Positions 59,321 through 64,000 of a stretch of 64,000 nucleotides of DNA are shown one piece after another. The notes beneath the pieces are model-generated. The model saw nothing but the letters and a program-made list of their open reading frames with translations. It did no database searches and was not told the DNA's origin. Position numbers and translations under genes: made by a program. Positions within the stretch are counted from its first letter, which is position 1. Every line of letters starts with the position of its first letter. This DNA comes from Rhynchopus sp. YZ270_cl-10 (lineage: Eukaryota): the NCBI GenBank assembly GCA_964035575.1, contig OZ037842.1, positions 1,302,001 through 1,366,000 on the forward strand, in the 5' to 3' direction.

Positions 59321-60645
59321 ATGGGAAATACACAAAGTGGGAGAATATCCCACGATAATGTACAAATCAGCCAGACTTTATGGAGCAAGGCGTGCGAGGT
59401 AACACCGACACAAGAGCAGGCACATATCAAGGACATTCTTGGGAATGATGTGGTTGATGAAAACGAGGCCTTGTTTGAGGAGCTTGCGACGCTGCTTGAT
59501 ATTTTGGAGGGTTACAGCGAAGCAACGTGCATCATATCACGTAAACGCGATGAAGCACGACGCAAACTAGTCGGACAACAGAAACTGCAACTCGAGGACC
59601 AAATCCGCGGCATGCTTGAGAAGGTGAACAGCTTCAACGGCCTCACCTCTGCTTCCTCTCGTGTTGCGGCTTCACTCACCTCCTCCTTACATTCGCACGC
59701 TACCTCCAATTCCTCTGGGTCACTGAACACCACAATATCGTCTCAATCTCACATTCTTCGGGACCTATCTGAATACCGTCCATTTCTTTCTGCAAAGAGC
59801 ATTGAGGCGATGGCACAGCTTGACACTGTTGCTGATGAAATGCGTGGCATGTTGGCAGAAGAGACGTTTCGGTTGACAGCGGATATCGAATGGGTGCGCG
59901 CAGAGATCAACCAGGAGATGGACAGAAGGCACCGTGTCGTGCACCGTGAGGACTCATCTGTGACGGATTTGATGTCGTTGAAGCAGGAGCTCGAGGTAAC
60001 TGGTGATCGTGACCATTGGTCGAACCGCCTTCGTCGTGCAGACTCCTCACGCAGACGCACCCTCGATGATGCCGACTCATTTGATCCTTTGCAGCTTAAG
60101 GCGGTCGGTTCGGGAGGGCTAGCAGGTGTCTTTGCTGCAGCAGCTGCACGTGGCATGGTGTCGCCGTCCAGTAAGGACGGTGACGGTAGGTTCAATGCGG
60201 AAGCAGGAGATGGTGATGGTGGCAGTGGCAGTGGGAGCGGCAGCGGTCCTATCCCAGAAGAGCAGCGCGCAGAGGCCGCACGCGACTGGCTAGCATTGAC
60301 TACAGCATTAGGGGATGAAGGAGACGACGAAACAGGGGTCGCGATATGTGTATGTCATATGATATGTCCCCTTTTTTTCGGGATCAGATGTTAAACCACG
60401 AAATGGATGTAGGACTAAGAAGCGTGATTGGGGTCCACCCAGGTGCACCGGTCATGCACCAAGGTGGCTTTGTATTTCAAGTCAAAAATTTTTTTTTTTG
60501 AAATGTGTGTAGGAAAGCACATCCAACAACTTTCTTTTCATTTTCATTTTCTGCACCACAGCTTCTAGAACAGCAACCACGAAAACGAGGTCAGACCCCA
60601 AACGACCGCTTTGATCTCGGACTTGACAGCGATCTCAGCGAATAA
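59321..60645 (+). CDS. CCDC24-like coiled-coil protein; exons 59321-60349, 60562-60645
   Basis: LW..V...E...IK.ILG..VVD and LDTVADEMRGMLAEE..L..DI patterns recall CCDC24; MGNTQS possible myristoylation site; phase-0 intron. Confidence 0.65.
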
Positions 60646-61178
60646 CCCATTTGAACGAAGCAACAAAATAAAAACAACTACCTTTGTAACCGGTGTCCTA
60701 AGAAAACCCGTCTTTTATTGAGATTGAGATTTGTTGAGATGTGCCCCGTGTCTCGGGGTTGCAGTTTATAAATCATGAGAAAAATGGGGGGTTTTTTGAC
60801 GTAGTTTGCTTATGATGCTGTGAATACAGAGAAAGAGCCCACGCCTGGCTTTTCTTGTGTGTGCATGAGGCACATTCACTTTACAAGGTTTCTTTTCTTT
60901 TCTAGCCTCCAAACGCACGGGAGGAACTGTGGTGAGATACCACGCACCCCCCCACGCCCCGCCCTGTTTCTCCCACCCCCCCCCCAGCACCCATTCGGAA
61001 AATCTGTTTTGCATCCCCTCTCCCTCCTACTTTCTGTTCCCCATATTTTTCTCCCCAACATAGTGTTTTTACAAGCACATGTAAAGAAAAATGTACCTTT
61101 AAAAAACTGAAAATTTTTATCGTTTTTCTTTGAATCGTGTGATCGGCCCCTACCTACTCTATCCACCCCTCGAAAGGA

Positions 61179-62285
61179 ATGGAAATAAACGGAATTCTGC
61201 AGCAGTCCGGGAAACAATGTGTCGTTGGCGTAGCGGTGGATGACACGATAGGGCAGGTCAAGCAGAAGCTCTGCGAACAGCTCATTGGTTTGCATGGGAG
61301 CAGCACCCTGCAGTCGCGTATGGGGCTATGCCTGCAGGGAAGCGACAGTGTGCTGGATGAGTCTGAATTCGTCTCCGATGTGGACCTAGAGTGCGGTGGC
61401 GACGTAGAGGTGGTGACCATCGCACCGCAGATCTGCCCCACCCGCTATGTGTCGGACACTCAGGTCACCCGAATCTGTCTTTCAACGTGCGGGGCGTTTT
61501 GTGTTATTGCAGAGATGAAAGGTATTCTCACCGTTTGGAGCACCGAAACTGGTCAAAAAATCCGCGAAATCAGCAACGACACTGACGCGACGTATGGCAT
61601 TGCGGTGTCTGCCGGTGCATCGCGTGTGGTCTCCGGAAACTTCAACGCAACGATCTGCGTCTGGGACGTTGAGACGGCAGATATCGAACACATCCTGACT
61701 GGCCACGACCTCACCGTCTTGAGTCTTGCTGTGTCGCACTGTGGCGACCGCCTGGTATCAACCTCTCTCGACAAATCGATACGCACCTGGCGTCTCTCTG
61801 ACGGCACAGCACTGGGCCTCATGGAAGACTCAGACAGCTACGCCACCTGCGTCACACTGTGCGACACGCTTGTCGTCAGCGGTACCTACGACAGCACGGT
61901 GCGGGTGTGGTGTTTTGACACTCTCAAATGCCTTCGGGTCCTTGTCGGCCACACTGCGCCAGTCAAGGATGTGGCAGTGACCGACTGCCAACGCTACGCA
62001 GTGTCCGTCAGCTCTGATAAAACTACTCGGGTCTGGTCGCTTCATACAGGTGAACAGCAGCACACCTTCAGCACAACGTTCATCCCAAGGGCGGTGTGTG
62101 TTGGCGGCGGAAAAGCTGCGGTAATAAGCGGCGACAGCATCATTGTGTGGGACGTAGAGTCCGGGGAACGGCACGACACTGTGGTAGAAGGGGCTCGTGG
62201 CCAATGTCTGCAGCTCTCAATATGCGGGAAGTGGACGTTCCGTGCGCGAGGGTTTGTCACTTTGGTTGCCCCTTTGCAACATTAG
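61179..62285 (+). CDS. Ubiquitin-like N-terminal domain + WD40 repeat protein
   Basis: SGKQCVVGVAVDDTIGQVKQKL ubiquitin-like pattern; GH..WD repeats. Confidence 0.87.
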   Translation: MEINGILQQSGKQCVVGVAVDDTIGQVKQKLCEQLIGLHGSSTLQSRMGLCLQGSDSVLDESEFVSDVDLECGGDVEVVTIAPQICPTRYVSDTQVTRICLSTCGAFCVIAEMKGILTVWSTETGQKIREISNDTDATYGIAVSAGASRVVSGNFNATICVWDVETADIEHILTGHDLTVLSLAVSHCGDRLVSTSLDKSIRTWRLSDGTALGLMEDSDSYATCVTLCDTLVVSGTYDSTVRVWCFDTLKCLRVLVGHTAPVKDVAVTDCQRYAVSVSSDKTTRVWSLHTGEQQHTFSTTFIPRAVCVGGGKAAVISGDSIIVWDVESGERHDTVVEGARGQCLQLSICGKWTFRARGFVTLVAPLQH

Positions 62286-63128
62286 CGCCAGTCATTGGTA
62301 TTGTTGTACAGGTGAAACCACGCCCAACTTCCTGAATGTTGTAATAGAATTTGGTGGCGTTCGTGCAAGTCTTGTGGGATCACTGTGTAATGAAGCGATT
62401 TGTTCGATAGAGGTGGTAATAATGTTTCAAAAAGTAAATAAGGTAGGGTCCAGAGCGTGCACGTTTCTGTGTTTGTCTGTATAATCCGGTGGTTTTTTGT
62501 CAAAAAACAATACAAAAAGTGTGCCATATATTTCAGTTTTGGGGTGTTTCGGACATTCCCTTAGAGGGTGTTGTGTTTCCCTTTCCCTTTCCCTTTCCGT
62601 TCAATTTTTGATTCAGGACAGCGTTTTCCTGATTGTTTCATTATAATTGTGTCTAGGGACAGATTCGTCAGATTCGTCGTTCCAATTTTCTGAATATTTT
62701 GCTTTCGCCTTTCAAACATTTTTGTTTTCAAAGTCAAGTTCCCTCGACTTTTTTTCCCCTTTGATGTCTGCGTCCCAGAGTCGTTTGCATCAGCTTCACT
62801 TAAGACAAAGGCTTAGCCACAGTAGACAAGGGTAAGCCTCTGCAAAAAGCACCACCCTTTTCAAGGTGATACAAAACACGAGGTTCTTACAAACTTTTCA
62901 TTCACAACGCCTGCACCCCAGGGGCGTTTTGCACTTGGACAACCTCATTTTCGTTTCCCACAGCAGTGAGGGAAAATATAACTTCAAACACGACAACCCA
63001 TATACATGATTTATAATACCTTCTCCTTTCCATGCACCACGACCCTCCTCCACCTGCCTCTCTCTACACCCATATATGCATACATCTTCAGTGGCACCCC
63101 CACCCCCACCCAACACCCGCCCCCTTTA

Positions 63129-64000
63129 ATGGGTGCTCATCATGTATCTCTGTTGGACACAGATGCGAAGTCGGAGGTCGGAAGTAGTCTGTTTCTTCAC
63201 GACGGCTTGCATGACCGAAGTCGCATCCCCTCTGTGCGCAGTGTGAAGTCCTTGGGCGGGCTGTTGCTGGAGGACGAGGCGCCAGACCATGCAAGCCAAC
63301 GCCATGTGGGGGTCAGTCTGTTCACCACCATTGTGGGGACTGGTGTGTTGGGGATGCCGCGTGCCGTACAGGAGGCAGGGGTGGGGGGCTTTGCACTCGC
63401 AATGCTTGGGGTGTGTCTGTTCACGATGTTCGGGTCGTACCTGACGTACCGTGCTCTCGAGGTCCTGCGGCACCAGGACGTCGACGACGTGGCGGATGTA
63501 GGCCGCTCCACACTGGGCAGGGTGGGGTACTACATTGCGCTCTTTGTGTGCCTGTTCGATACCTGGGGTGCGACTATTGGGAATATCCGTGCTGTAGCCG
63601 ACGTGCTGCACGTAGTGTTTTTCCCGAACACAAGCTACCGCGTATTGGTGCCAGGTATCGTTGTCCTCGTCTTCCCGTTGACTCTGCGGGAAAAGTTTTC
63701 TGACTTCCGCATCGTCTCCATTGTTGCGATGTGCGCGATGCTCTGTTTTGTGCTCGTCGTAACCATCCAAGGACGTCCAGTTGTGCTGGCAGAGTCTCTC
63801 GCGCAAGGTCAGGGTGTCCTGCAACCCTGGCCAAATGTCATGTCCGCCACAGCCGTGCTCTTCTTCGCCTTCGACTTCCAGGTGAACCTCTTCCCCCTCT
63901 ACCGTGAGGTCAGCTGTGGTGAGCGGCGCTCCAAAGTGGCAACCCTCATGCCTCCCACAGCCTGGGCAATGTTTGCTGCCGTGGTGGTGTACGCGCTTGT
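63129..64000 (+). CDS. Amino-acid transporter (AAAP/SLC38 family), runs off the window
   Basis: Open frame from ATG 63129: LFTTIVGTGVLGMPRAVQEAG..FAFDFQVNLFPLYREV with multiple TM segments; absent from the ORF track because there is no stop. Confidence 0.88.
   Translation, partial: MGAHHVSLLDTDAKSEVGSSLFLHDGLHDRSRIPSVRSVKSLGGLLLEDEAPDHASQRHVGVSLFTTIVGTGVLGMPRAVQEAGVGGFALAMLGVCLFTMFGSYLTYRALEVLRHQDVDDVADVGRSTLGRVGYYIALFVCLFDTWGATIGNIRAVADVLHVVFFPNTSYRVLVPGIVVLVFPLTLREKFSDFRIVSIVAMCAMLCFVLVVTIQGRPVVLAESLAQGQGVLQPWPNVMSATAVLFFAFDFQVNLFPLYREVSCGERRSKVATLMPPTAWAMFAAVVVYAL

Overview
Eukaryotic nuclear DNA, most likely from a diplonemid (Euglenozoa). Every recognisable host gene is on the + strand, introns are GTAT..AG spliceosomal, and a 39-nt euglenozoan-type spliced-leader (SL) sequence is present. 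The left third (1-23.3 kb) is rich in transposable elements. It holds an apparently full-length APE-RT-RNaseH non-LTR retrotransposon on the minus strand (about 2078-8615) whose 5' end is a complete SL exon. Its ORF1 and ORF2 are in one frame, separated by a single TGA, and a 2A-like motif precedes the endonuclease. Also present are several non-autonomous DNA transposons with readable TSDs (Mutator 9 bp, hAT 8 bp, TA-flanked, TG..CA 5 bp, CAT..ATG 6/8 bp), four related long microsatellites, and a 6xCUB membrane-protein gene interrupted by one TGA. The rest is a unidirectional host gene cluster: ELMOD, two ubiquitin-like+WD40 genes, DHHC, CCDC137-like, enkurin, single-CUB, Rab6, SAM protein, CCAR1/DBC1-like, RWDD1/Gir2, SnoaL-like, EF-hand/WD40, an orphan secreted protein, CCDC24-like and an amino-acid transporter. 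Roughly 30 copies of a sense-strand stem-loop motif with compensatory changes lie in most introns and intergenic regions. All calls were made by eye; no searches were run.
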